Positions 16,574 to 25,259 of a stretch of DNA of 45,095 nt are shown one piece after another; position 1 is the stretch's first letter; each line of letters opens with the position of its first letter. The stretch covers positions 1-45,095 of the IMG/VR virus record IMGVR_UViG_3300045988_132337. One strand, 5' to 3'. This stretch comes from a virus. A program made the translations under genes and the position numbers. Below the pieces are notes generated by a model that saw only the letters and a list, made by a program, of their open reading frames with translations, made no database searches and was not told the origin of the DNA.

Positions 16574-16747
16574 ATGAACTTAAAAGATAAGAAAATGCAA
16601 GAAGCAAAACGCAGACTTTCTGTACTTGAGGAAAAATTAAATTTTTTAGAATTTTCAAACAACCCTGATAAAGAACAACAGATTATAGACTGCAAACACG
16701 ATATAGAAAAACAAAAGCGTATAATTAAGCACACATCAAGCTACTAA
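16574..16747 (+). CDS. Small coiled-coil protein, 57 aa; moron-like gene next to attP
   Basis: Manual ORF behind GAGGTG: MNLKDKKMQEAKRRLSVLEEKLNFLEFSNNPDKEQQIIDCKHDIEKQKRIIKHTSSY. A TATAAT lies 17 nt after GTGACT upstream, and a terminator follows directly. It replaces the antisense track ORF 16549..16734. Confidence 0.5.
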   Translation: MNLKDKKMQEAKRRLSVLEEKLNFLEFSNNPDKEQQIIDCKHDIEKQKRIIKHTSSY

Positions 16748-16779
16748 AAAAAATCTAGATCTAATGCTCTAGATTTTTT
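16746..16779. terminator. Bidirectional intrinsic terminator between converging genes
   Basis: AAAAAAAA TCTAGA tctaatgc TCTAGA TTTTTT. The flanking A and T runs extend the stem. Confidence 0.6.
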
Positions 16780-16954
16780 CAATAAATTCATTCATTACAT
16801 ATGCCTTTTTATCTTTGTATTTTATCTCTGTCCACTTCGGTCCTTGTTTAATTACTTCTAATTCATCACCTTTATAGACAATACCAATTACATTTCTTTC
16901 ATTAACTCGATTTTCACTTCTAACATTTAATGCATCCGCTATTACTTTTACCAT
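16769..16954 (-). CDS. Standalone SH3b (SH3_3) domain protein, 61 aa
   Basis: ALNVRSENRVNERNVIGIVYKGDELEVIKQGPKWTEIKYKDKKAYVMNEFI is a typical bacterial SH3 pattern. Confidence 0.6.
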   Translation of the reverse strand: MVKVIADALNVRSENRVNERNVIGIVYKGDELEVIKQGPKWTEIKYKDKKAYVMNEFIEKI

Positions 16955-16955
16955 G

Positions 16956-17132
16956 CTATTTACCTTCCTTTATAATAAATTCATTTTTAAATTTAAATGT
17001 TCTATTACCAGTCATTATGATGCTATATGTTGGCATTTCTTCAATTACAGTAAAATATTCACCCCATAGATAGAACGGGAGTTTATCCCCGTCTATATCT
17101 ACAGCTCCTCTAACTACTTTAACCTTAGCCAT
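16956..17132 (-). CDS. Small protein, 58 aa, possibly a second SH3-like module
   Basis: Manual ORF: MAKVKVVRGAVDIDGDKLPFYLWGEYFTVIEEMPTYSIIMTGNRTFKFKNEFIIKEGK. It exactly fills the gap between the endolysin and the SH3 ORF. It is below the track cut-off. Confidence 0.4.
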   Translation of the reverse strand: MAKVKVVRGAVDIDGDKLPFYLWGEYFTVIEEMPTYSIIMTGNRTFKFKNEFIIKEGK

Positions 17133-17139
17133 TACTACT

Positions 17140-18033
17140 TTACACCTTTCTTAAGTATTTTCCAGACACCCAACCACTAGGAATTCTAGCCCATCCGTTC
17201 GACCATTCTTTAACAGTTACTCTTGTACCTTCGTTGATGCATCCGTCTTTATCATAATCATGTTTTTTTGCATCTTCAGTTAATTCATTATATGTTTTTC
17301 TTCTAAAGTTTTCTCCCGGACCAGTACGAACACTTAAATCACTGGCAGTTACTTCATAAGTCCCTAAATTTTGTGCTACACTATCTTGAACTTTGCAATA
17401 TTGTAGAGATACCCAGCCTTCGCCAGTAAATCCCCAACCATTTGATTCTTGTGTAATAGTCAATTCCGTACCGTTGGCATAAGCCTTAACCTTTGCACCG
17501 TTTGGAGCATTACGACAGTTTACACCGCTTGGCGTATCGACTTTAACTTTATAACTAACCCCACTAGGCTCTTGTGGAACCTGAACAGAATTATCATAAT
17601 CAATATCACATAACCATAATATATGTGTGAATTTTCTGTTTGCTACTTTTGTTTTAACTGTACCATATGCACTTCCACGAGCTTCGATACATTCTCCATT
17701 TCCGATATAAATACCAATATGTCCTTGCTGCCATAAAGCACAACCAGCTACTGCACCGCTTATATTGCTTATAGGTTCAATGCGTGTAGCAGTTTCTTTA
17801 TATTGACTAGATCCTCTTACTTTACCAGTGCACCAGCTAATAAGTCCGCTACAGTCAGTACACACTGTTCCGATTTTTCCTTTTTCCTTATTATATGTAA
17901 GATATTTTGGATAGCTGTTAGCTAACGATCTTAATTTAGAATCTGTTAATACAGCTCCTTTCATCCCGTATACATAGTTAGTACCTAATTTAGATTTTGC
18001 GAAATTTACTAATTCATTTGCTGTTTTTGACAT
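17140..18033 (-). CDS. Endolysin: NlpC/P60 endopeptidase plus two SH3b cell-wall-binding domains
   Basis: Catalytic Cys in CTDCSGLISWC and His in GHIGIYIGNG. Two C-terminal SH3-like repeats (...NGWGFTGEGWVSLQY... and ...NGWARIPSGWVSGKY...). It follows the holin genes. Confidence 0.85.
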   Translation of the reverse strand: MSKTANELVNFAKSKLGTNYVYGMKGAVLTDSKLRSLANSYPKYLTYNKEKGKIGTVCTDCSGLISWCTGKVRGSSQYKETATRIEPISNISGAVAGCALWQQGHIGIYIGNGECIEARGSAYGTVKTKVANRKFTHILWLCDIDYDNSVQVPQEPSGVSYKVKVDTPSGVNCRNAPNGAKVKAYANGTELTITQESNGWGFTGEGWVSLQYCKVQDSVAQNLGTYEVTASDLSVRTGPGENFRRKTYNELTEDAKKHDYDKDGCINEGTRVTVKEWSNGWARIPSGWVSGKYLRKV

Positions 18034-18073
18034 AAATAAAAACCTCCTTATTTAAAAGTAGGCTCAAGGCTCA

Positions 18074-18298
18074 TTACTTTTTTAATTCATCAATACGATG
18101 ATGTGCTGATTTTAGGCTGTTTTCTACAACAGCCATACGTTCGACTACAGAATTATGTTTTTCGACCTCCTTAGTCAATTCATCAATTCTATAATTCATC
18201 AACGCATTTGATTTGTTATTACTGCTCATCGTTGCTATTACTGATGGGATAGCAACGCACAAACCACTTATAATAGCGGTAACTACTACATCGCTCAT
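18074..18298 (-). CDS. Lysis-associated membrane protein (holin-like), 74 aa
   Basis: N-terminal TM segment VVVTAIISGLCVAIPSVIATM followed by a coiled coil. It lies between the holin and the endolysin. Confidence 0.5.
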   Translation of the reverse strand: MSDVVVTAIISGLCVAIPSVIATMSSNNKSNALMNYRIDELTKEVEKHNSVVERMAVVENSLKSAHHRIDELKK

Positions 18299-18306
18299 AC
18301 AATCAC

Positions 18307-18564
18307 CTACTTAACTGGTTTGTCATATTGTTGAGCACGTTCGGAATCACTAACCCCTTGAGTTGTAGGATCAACAACAACTCCCAAAATAACAAGTAAT
18401 GCAAATACGGCATTTACTACAGCTAATAACTTATTACCTAAATCGCCAAAATCTAGTGTATAGCCAAACACCGCCCCCACTACCTGAATAACTAACAATA
18501 CCGCTGGAATAACACTCAGCCAAAATTGTTTGTTAGCAATTCTTACTTTCCAATTAATCTTCAT
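18307..18564 (-). CDS. Holin, phi LC3-like family
   Basis: MKINWKVRIANKQFWLSVIPAVLLVIQVVGAVFG...LLAVVNAVFALLVILGVVVDPTTQG has two TM segments and a family-typical N-terminus. Confidence 0.75.
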   Translation of the reverse strand: MKINWKVRIANKQFWLSVIPAVLLVIQVVGAVFGYTLDFGDLGNKLLAVVNAVFALLVILGVVVDPTTQGVSDSERAQQYDKPVK

Positions 18565-18577
18565 AACAGTTTCCTCC

Positions 18578-18862
18578 TTAAATTTTATTAAGTACAGCTA
18601 ATACATAGCCTTCCTTGATACCTTCATCTATAATTAATGATTTAATCTGTGTTAACTGTGATTTCGAAGTATAATTGACTTCTTCTTCGACAGTTTCGAT
18701 TTCTCTAAATAAAATATAATCGTTCTGCTCATAATCATTTTGTTTTATAATTTTGTAATTTGATTCCAAAAGTTCACTAAATTTACTTGCCGTAACGTCT
18801 AATTCATGTGTTTTAATCATAATTTCATGCCGTCCTTTCATCTTTAATTTTTTGTGTACCAC
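18578..18862 (-). CDS. Hypothetical protein, 94 aa or shorter; start uncertain
   Basis: Co-oriented ORF between the tail fibre and the holin. Internal Met codons at 18841 or 18820 are alternative starts. Confidence 0.5.
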   Translation of the reverse strand: MVHKKLKMKGRHEIMIKTHELDVTASKFSELLESNYKIIKQNDYEQNDYILFREIETVEEEVNYTSKSQLTQIKSLIIDEGIKEGYVLAVLNKI

Positions 18863-20580
18863 AATGTTAATACTACATCGTATCTAGTATTTCCATTGGT
18901 ATTTATGTAAACGTCCCCACCCGTAGTGACAAATAAATCAGTACTTGAATTTCCATTCATACCACTTATTTTATCGTTAGCTCTCATTGAAAATTCATAC
19001 CTGATATTTCTATCAAAGTTAGCAATATTTTCTATTTTTTTAAAAGCATTAATAGTGCCCAAATTGTAAGATTTTACATATATCTTTTTGCCATCTATCC
19101 AGTATTCGCCCGTAAACTGTTCTTCTGTACTATATTTAAAATAAATGTCCTTTTTCTCAATAGGGGCTGGAGGGACTGAATAATTTCCATTTTTCGTAAA
19201 TACTGGTAATTCTTCACCATTTTTTAATATTTTTCCAAATATGTTCAAGTCATACTCAATTTGAAATTCTCCTTCTTTATTGCAATAACGTCCCCAGCCG
19301 ACACCGTTTTTGTGAGGGGGAATATTAAGTATAACTTTACCAATATCTATATCATGAATTACAGTTACTGTATTTCCAACATTATCAGTAATGGAAACTT
19401 CTACTTCATGGGTAGTATTTAACGCATAACCACTAAATACATATCCTTGTCCACTGTTAAACGCAGTTGATTTACTTGTATTGTTGATTTTTATACTTTT
19501 AGTTTTTATTGCATTCCCAGTTATAACACAATAAGTAAATGTAGGCTTAACATAAATATAAGTACCCTTGATTATATCTTTAGTTCCCGAACTGTCGCAT
19601 CTGTATGTTTCAAAAGTTAATGTCGGCAGTGTATACGCAGTAACCGTGACTTTAACCGTTTTACTTGCTGTTCTTCCTCGACTGTCAGTAATCGTTGCAG
19701 TGAATGTTATATCACCGCTTTTATCAACCACACCAGTGGTATATGTATTTTTATCACCACTATAACTGTAATCTCCACCACTAATACTGTAAGTTTTAAT
19801 AGTACTTCCATATACTCCTGATGCCCCATTAATTGTTAATTTAATGCTGGATTTTCCTTGCAGATAGAGTGAACCAAATGGATTTACCGGTGTTGCAGTA
19901 ATACTTGTAAAAGTCGGAACAATATTCGTCGGTATTTTAACAGTACAAGTACAAGTACTGCTTCCTATGTTCGTTCCACCATTAAAGGTATATGCTCGAA
20001 ACATTATTGTTGTACTGTCCGCACCTGTTACACTATTTAACAAACTTAGTGGTGGTGTCCACGTAGCTGATGTGCTGTAGTCAGCACCTATACCAGTTTC
20101 AGGACCACCATTTAGACTATAATAAAGATGGTGAGTAAAATTATCTGATTTTCTATCAAAATAAATAGTTAACGCACTCCCAAAAGTTCCACCATCACAT
20201 CGTACTCCTGACACTCTTGGAATTGTAGTTAATGTATGTGTATAACCCTGCTCACTTGAACTGAACTGACTATGACTTATCCACCCAGTAACGCTTATAG
20301 CTTTTGAACCGTCAGCATCATGACTAATAGTAACATCCCATGTACCCAAACGAATCGGTGTTGATGTAATCTTTTGAGAGCTAGTGATACCAGCACTATA
20401 CACAACACCATTTATACGGGCATACACCGTCCCAGATCCACTTGTTGTATACCCTGTATTAGTCCTCCATCCATCAACCCAGACTCTAAGAATTGAACTA
20501 TTTGAATTTATGTCATAGCTTAATTCCTGACTGTTGACACTGTAATTTATATATTTGTTACTTGTTCCATACGTTGCCAT
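18844..20580 (-). CDS. Tail fibre / receptor-binding minor structural protein, 578 aa
   Basis: Last large structural ORF before the lysis cassette. S/T/G-rich, beta-rich sequence. The N-terminus ...ILRVWVDGWRTNTGYTTSGSGTVYARINGV... resembles DUF859-type siphovirus structural proteins. Confidence 0.6.
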   Translation of the reverse strand: MATYGTSNKYINYSVNSQELSYDINSNSSILRVWVDGWRTNTGYTTSGSGTVYARINGVVYSAGITSSQKITSTPIRLGTWDVTISHDADGSKAISVTGWISHSQFSSSEQGYTHTLTTIPRVSGVRCDGGTFGSALTIYFDRKSDNFTHHLYYSLNGGPETGIGADYSTSATWTPPLSLLNSVTGADSTTIMFRAYTFNGGTNIGSSTCTCTVKIPTNIVPTFTSITATPVNPFGSLYLQGKSSIKLTINGASGVYGSTIKTYSISGGDYSYSGDKNTYTTGVVDKSGDITFTATITDSRGRTASKTVKVTVTAYTLPTLTFETYRCDSSGTKDIIKGTYIYVKPTFTYCVITGNAIKTKSIKINNTSKSTAFNSGQGYVFSGYALNTTHEVEVSITDNVGNTVTVIHDIDIGKVILNIPPHKNGVGWGRYCNKEGEFQIEYDLNIFGKILKNGEELPVFTKNGNYSVPPAPIEKKDIYFKYSTEEQFTGEYWIDGKKIYVKSYNLGTINAFKKIENIANFDRNIRYEFSMRANDKISGMNGNSSTDLFVTTGGDVYINTNGNTRYDVVLTLWYTKN

Positions 20581-20591
20581 TCAATCACCTC

Positions 20592-21233
20592 CTAAGTCAA
20601 TGTTAACCCGTCCGTGGCATCATATGACCAGCTGAATGTACCAATATTTAATTTAGTCATTACAATAGCATATTCAATGTTAAGCTGTTGATTTGACAGA
20701 TATGCAATCCTGCTTCCATTTTGATAGAATCCTAATTCCGTATTAGATAATTTGACAGCAAAGGGACTATTGCTTGCACCTAGTTCTAATACACCATCCT
20801 GAAATCTAGCCCACTGTGATATTTCTTCTTTCGTAGCCAGACCACTTATATTGTCGGTAATACTTTTAATACTGTTTGTAACCAGTGATATAGAACTAGA
20901 ATTTTGAACAATCTGTGATGATAACTGCTCTATCAAAGTTGAATTGTCAGTAGTGGTAGTCTGTAGTTTTTCAACCAGTGTAGTCAGCGATTCTTTAAGC
21001 TGGTTGATCGCAGAAGTATATTCAGTGGTAATATTCTGCTTCATATCATTGATATTACCAGCAAAATCATTAGTCACTTCCCATGTAGTACCGTTCCAGT
21101 ATTTTAGAAGATTATCAGTTGTATCAAACCATAACTTAGTTTTATCACTAGGTGCAGTAGCACTACGAACCGTACCATCTGTACCGTCATAACAGTCTGT
21201 TAATGTTATAAGCGCATATGCTTTAACAGCCAT
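20592..21233 (-). CDS. Tail fibre-associated protein with a coiled-coil stalk, 213 aa
   Basis: The N-terminal LWFDTTDNLLKYWNGTTWE motif is common in Firmicute phage fibre/baseplate proteins. The centre has coiled-coil heptads. Confidence 0.55.
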   Translation of the reverse strand: MAVKAYALITLTDCYDGTDGTVRSATAPSDKTKLWFDTTDNLLKYWNGTTWEVTNDFAGNINDMKQNITTEYTSAINQLKESLTTLVEKLQTTTTDNSTLIEQLSSQIVQNSSSISLVTNSIKSITDNISGLATKEEISQWARFQDGVLELGASNSPFAVKLSNTELGFYQNGSRIAYLSNQQLNIEYAIVMTKLNIGTFSWSYDATDGLTLT

Positions 21234-21236
21234 AAA

Positions 21237-22250
21237 CTATCCCTCTAACTGTGCTGTATAAGTCGCTTTATTATCAACATCACCAGCGTTAATCGTTAAA
21301 CTAGAACCAGTTGCTACAGCTGTTGAACCACCATCTTTGTACCACTTAATCGTTCCTAATGCAGTTAATGCACTGCCAGTAACTTCTACCCCACCCTTAA
21401 ATACGCGAGCTGTTAAAGTTGTTGCGATAGCAGTATTCTTAAAGATGACTCCATTTGAAGATTTGATTGCCATAGTGATCGAATCTGCACCATTAGCGCC
21501 ATTTCTTGAGATAGAATACGATACTGCTGTTTTATTGTCTGAATAGGTTACGGTTGTTCTAGTCCATACGTATTGACCGGGATTCCCAGCAACTGGTGTA
21601 CTAGACCATGAACCAGTTGGTACAGTAGTTCCGGAATTACTTGCCTGATATTCTGTAACCGTTGATTTAACTGTAACACTCGTACCATTTGTACCGTTTG
21701 TAGGATTTCTTGACACACTGTATGCTGTAGTAGATTTACCATCACTATAGGTTACTACTGTTTTTGTCCATAAATACTGTCCTGAAGGAACAGAAGGAAT
21801 TGCGGTTGTCCATGAACCAGTTGGCGCAGTCGTTCCCGAAGTACCAACTTGATATGTTATGCTTGTATTCGATACTGTAACACTTGTACCATTATTTCCT
21901 TTAAATGCTATCGACCAGCTGAATACTTTTTCAATTGTAACATCTTCTGTTTTTACCGGAATAATAACACTTCCGCTCTTATTTAATGCGCTTGTTGCAG
22001 TTATCGTTAATGTTGGTTCTGGTGTTTTCCCATCTGAAACTATACTTAATCCCGTTGGAGCTGTAATATCCCCAACTGAACACACCATTTTATTTGAACC
22101 TCTTATAGCGGTTATTTTGCAAGTTAATGACTGAGTTCCTTCTACTGATGTTGTAGTTCCCTGAAACGTATAATTATCATTACTTAAATGTATTGAATAG
22201 CCGTCTGTTATATCGACTACATCTTGCTCTACTGTTGCTTTTATTGCCAT
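21237..22250 (-). CDS. Tail fibre / host-specificity protein with internal tandem repeats, 337 aa
   Basis: It has two repeats of about 66 aa (aa 121-188 and 189-254) and a C-terminal Ig-like domain shared with the 798-aa protein. Confidence 0.6.
   Translation of the reverse strand: MAIKATVEQDVVDITDGYSIHLSNDNYTFQGTTTSVEGTQSLTCKITAIRGSNKMVCSVGDITAPTGLSIVSDGKTPEPTLTITATSALNKSGSVIIPVKTEDVTIEKVFSWSIAFKGNNGTSVTVSNTSITYQVGTSGTTAPTGSWTTAIPSVPSGQYLWTKTVVTYSDGKSTTAYSVSRNPTNGTNGTSVTVKSTVTEYQASNSGTTVPTGSWSSTPVAGNPGQYVWTRTTVTYSDNKTAVSYSISRNGANGADSITMAIKSSNGVIFKNTAIATTLTARVFKGGVEVTGSALTALGTIKWYKDGGSTAVATGSSLTINAGDVDNKATYTAQLEG
21489..21890 (-). repeat. Tandem duplication, 2 x ~66 codons, inside the tail fibre gene
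   Basis: GTSVTVSNTSITYQVGTSGTTAPTGSWTT...GQYLWTKTVVTYSDGKSTTAYSVSRN aligns with GTSVTVKSTVTEYQASNSGTTVPTGSWSS...GQYVWTRTTVTYSDNKTAVSYSISRN. Confidence 0.8.
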
Positions 22251-22264
22251 TTACTTATTTCCTC

Positions 22265-24661
22265 CTAAAAATCTAAAAAGCATCTAAATGTTGCCTTTTC
22301 ATTTATATCATTTGATGTTAGCGTTAATATAAATCCATTGTCCGTTAATCTAGAATCAGCTGGATCTAACGCTGTAAAGTCTGTTTCCTTAATATGTTTT
22401 ACTTCCCAAAGTATCTTCGCTTTATCGCCAAAATAATTATACATTTTTTGAGACGTATCTATTATTTCACCAGCCACAAATATTTGAACTGTCATCGTAG
22501 TAGACACACCAGTATTTTTAAATATATAGCCATTTGAACTGTCTATTTTAAGAACTAATGCATCCTTGCCATCGATATTAAGCATAAACGTTACACTAAG
22601 TTTTTTTGTTGCATTTTTATAAGTTACATAGCAAATATATGTTATATATGGATGTCCTTTAGACATAACATTTTTATTTACTGTTAGGATACCGTTTAAG
22701 ACACTCTCACCCTCTATTAAATCTGTCTCCGTTCCATTATTATTACGTTTCCAAACCAGTGTACAGTTATTTAGATCTACATTTAATAATCCATCTAAAA
22801 CCGCTGGGGTAATAACTGCTGGGGTTTCTTCCCAGTTTGGTACATAACCTTCATCATATGATTGAACTGTATTGACACCAGTGACATCCAAGAAACAGCC
22901 TTCTAAATTAGCAATGTCATTATTATCAGTTATGCTTATAGACAGTGTTTTTCTAGTACCAATCGGTAATGTTATTTCACAATAGAAACTGCCGTTAACA
23001 TTTACATCATCAGGTGTTAATATTATCGAACGTTTCCCTTTGTGACTGTTATTCCAAGTTTTATCGCTTTCGCTATCACTCGATACTCTGTACCAGTTAA
23101 AACTAATACTGCTTATGTTGTTTGTTTCATCATTATTGCCATCATATACTTTTGCACTTAATGTAATTGTATCTGTTGGCTTGTTTAGGACAGTTCCACT
23201 ATTATCTAAGGATACTAGGTATTTTTTAGCTTGTAGCTCCTCTTTTATTTCTTCAAAGGCTTTTATTGTTAACTCGCCTTTTTCGTTTAGATAAAAGCTA
23301 GGATTGCTTATTTCACCCTCTGAATCACGTTTCCCAATCTTAATAACACCCGTCTGTAAATCAAGTTCAAACATTTCACCTTGCAATATACCAGTTGTAA
23401 TAACATTTGCATTGAAATTACCATCAAGGTCAAAGGCTAAATTTTTAAATGTCTTTCCACCATCTTCAGAATAGCCTAGACCACCGGCTGTAAATCTCCA
23501 CAAATGTGTATCATCCCTTAATTCAGGAGTATTCATGATAGTCCATCCTGAAGGAAAACCTTCGTCGTTCATATCAATTCTGTAATAACCGCCCTGATTG
23601 CCTAAAATTTTATCAGTAGTATTTTTAAAAGCATTTGTTAATGTGACATACAGCTTATTTAGTTTAATGTCTGTAGGTGACTGATTCATAACTGTATCTA
23701 TTTCAGTTTCACCTTTACAAGTTATGTTCGATTTCATGCCCGTAAGCACTATTGTATGTTCACTTAGCAGTACATTATGTAAAACACCATTTTTATCTTC
23801 AACTTTAACAATATCAGTTATTTCTAAAGCTGGGTTACCTCGCCACTCTACAGTACATGGTGTGTATGTAAAACCTTTAATCCGCTCAAATATACTGTCT
23901 AATATTTCTTGTTTCATATACGGATTTTCGAAAGTTATACCGAATCCATTTCCAGCTACCAGTACATTTTCACTATCACCGCTTGTTAACGAGTTGATTA
24001 CTATGTCCTCGTCAGTAGTTCTGTTGAAACCGTTCATAAACTGCAAATCATAAGTTATCTCAATACCACAATCCTTGTACCAGTATGCGATTAATTTATC
24101 GTCTGGATTTATTGTTCCATTACACCCCATTAAGCCCATCATATAGCCTAGGAATTGTTTACACGTCATATTATCAATATATCCATCAATTATAATGTCC
24201 GGTATATTTTTTATATCGTGCAAGATATTACATTGGCTACAAATATCATTTATTACATTCGATAAACTATTAGGGTATTCAATATCAGGTATATATGTTT
24301 TATTTAAACGATATGTGCTGTCATAAGCTACAACTGTTATAAAGTCGCTGTTGTCTGATTTATCAATCTCAGCTGTGTAATATGTACCCTTACATACATA
24401 AACACCATTTACACCACTATAAATTTTTACTGTACTATTTTTTAACGGGATCTTGTTATCAGGCATTTTGAATTTGACAGTTGCTTTATTAGTATTTATT
24501 TCACCAATTTTTAAAGTTGATTCGCTACAAGAAATTTCGTCTAAAACAACAGATATGACTTCATTGATTAATTCTGTTGTGCCATTAAAAATAACTTTGG
24601 CATTGATAACACGGTCTTGTGCTATGACCGATGAATTAAATTCTTCGTTTGTATTAATCAT
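22265..24661 (-). CDS. Tail tip / baseplate (Tal-like) minor structural protein, 798 aa
   Basis: Large ORF two genes downstream of the tape measure. The N-terminus resembles prophage tail proteins. It has a C-terminal Ig-like domain (LKIDSSNGYIFKNTGVSTTMTVQIF...). Confidence 0.65.
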   Translation of the reverse strand: MINTNEEFNSSVIAQDRVINAKVIFNGTTELINEVISVVLDEISCSESTLKIGEINTNKATVKFKMPDNKIPLKNSTVKIYSGVNGVYVCKGTYYTAEIDKSDNSDFITVVAYDSTYRLNKTYIPDIEYPNSLSNVINDICSQCNILHDIKNIPDIIIDGYIDNMTCKQFLGYMMGLMGCNGTINPDDKLIAYWYKDCGIEITYDLQFMNGFNRTTDEDIVINSLTSGDSENVLVAGNGFGITFENPYMKQEILDSIFERIKGFTYTPCTVEWRGNPALEITDIVKVEDKNGVLHNVLLSEHTIVLTGMKSNITCKGETEIDTVMNQSPTDIKLNKLYVTLTNAFKNTTDKILGNQGGYYRIDMNDEGFPSGWTIMNTPELRDDTHLWRFTAGGLGYSEDGGKTFKNLAFDLDGNFNANVITTGILQGEMFELDLQTGVIKIGKRDSEGEISNPSFYLNEKGELTIKAFEEIKEELQAKKYLVSLDNSGTVLNKPTDTITLSAKVYDGNNDETNNISSISFNWYRVSSDSESDKTWNNSHKGKRSIILTPDDVNVNGSFYCEITLPIGTRKTLSISITDNNDIANLEGCFLDVTGVNTVQSYDEGYVPNWEETPAVITPAVLDGLLNVDLNNCTLVWKRNNNGTETDLIEGESVLNGILTVNKNVMSKGHPYITYICYVTYKNATKKLSVTFMLNIDGKDALVLKIDSSNGYIFKNTGVSTTMTVQIFVAGEIIDTSQKMYNYFGDKAKILWEVKHIKETDFTALDPADSRLTDNGFILTLTSNDINEKATFRCFLDF

Positions 24662-24672
24662 GCTATTGCCTC

Positions 24673-24891
24673 TTAAACTCGATATTTTTTCATTTTATCC
24701 GTTAAACAAGTAATGTCGAGTTGTTTAACTGGAAATGTCATTGTCATTCTTAAAACATCATCAACTGAATGTACTATAGAATACTTATTAATCTTTCCAG
24801 CAAACTCTTCGCCATCAATTTTTACAGATACTTCCCCATGTCCTTTATCAACTATTTCTACTTTATTAATCATGCTATCTCTACCTTTCAA
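24673..24891 (-). CDS. Hypothetical tail-module protein, up to 72 aa
   Basis: Co-oriented ORF. MINKVEIV at 24873 is an alternative start. Confidence 0.45.
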   Translation of the reverse strand: MKGRDSMINKVEIVDKGHGEVSVKIDGEEFAGKINKYSIVHSVDDVLRMTMTFPVKQLDITCLTDKMKKYRV

Positions 24892-25246
24892 TAAAATTTA
24901 AATTAATCGTTTCCCATATCCAGCATTTTTTAACCGCATCATATTTAAATATCGGCATAGTTCTGTCACCAACATAAGCCGTTATTGTTTTACGCTTGTT
25001 TTCAACTGGATCAGGATATTCTAAAGAAAAGAATACTGGTTCAACTGCTTTAAGTAATTTGCTAGCCATAGCATCTGTAAGACCGTTAAATGTACAAACA
25101 ACCTTTCGCTTAACTGCTTTTCTATCTCTAAACATTTCTCCGTTTTGATTACGTCCTGAGCCTTCTTCACCGTCTAAATCATAAACTTGAAATTCTAATG
25201 AAGAAGGGTTGAAACCTACTCCATTAATTTTAATAACATCGTCCAT
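24881..25246 (-). CDS. Small distal-tail-position protein, 121 aa
   Basis: It lies immediately after the tape measure, where Dit normally sits, but is unusually short. Confidence 0.5.
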   Translation of the reverse strand: MDDVIKINGVGFNPSSLEFQVYDLDGEEGSGRNQNGEMFRDRKAVKRKVVCTFNGLTDAMASKLLKAVEPVFFSLEYPDPVENKRKTITAYVGDRTMPIFKYDAVKKCWIWETINLNFIER

Positions 25247-25259
25247 TTCAACCCCTCCT

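Noticed and set aside
16549-16734. Minus-strand 61-aa ORF from the track
   Set aside because: It has an implausible Cys/Phe/Ser-rich composition and no RBS. The opposite strand has an RBS, promoter, terminator and a sensible 57-aa product.
21489-21890. Diversity-generating retroelement (template and variable repeat pair) in the tail fibre gene
   Set aside because: The two copies are adjacent in-frame coding repeats. No reverse transcriptase gene exists anywhere in the genome.
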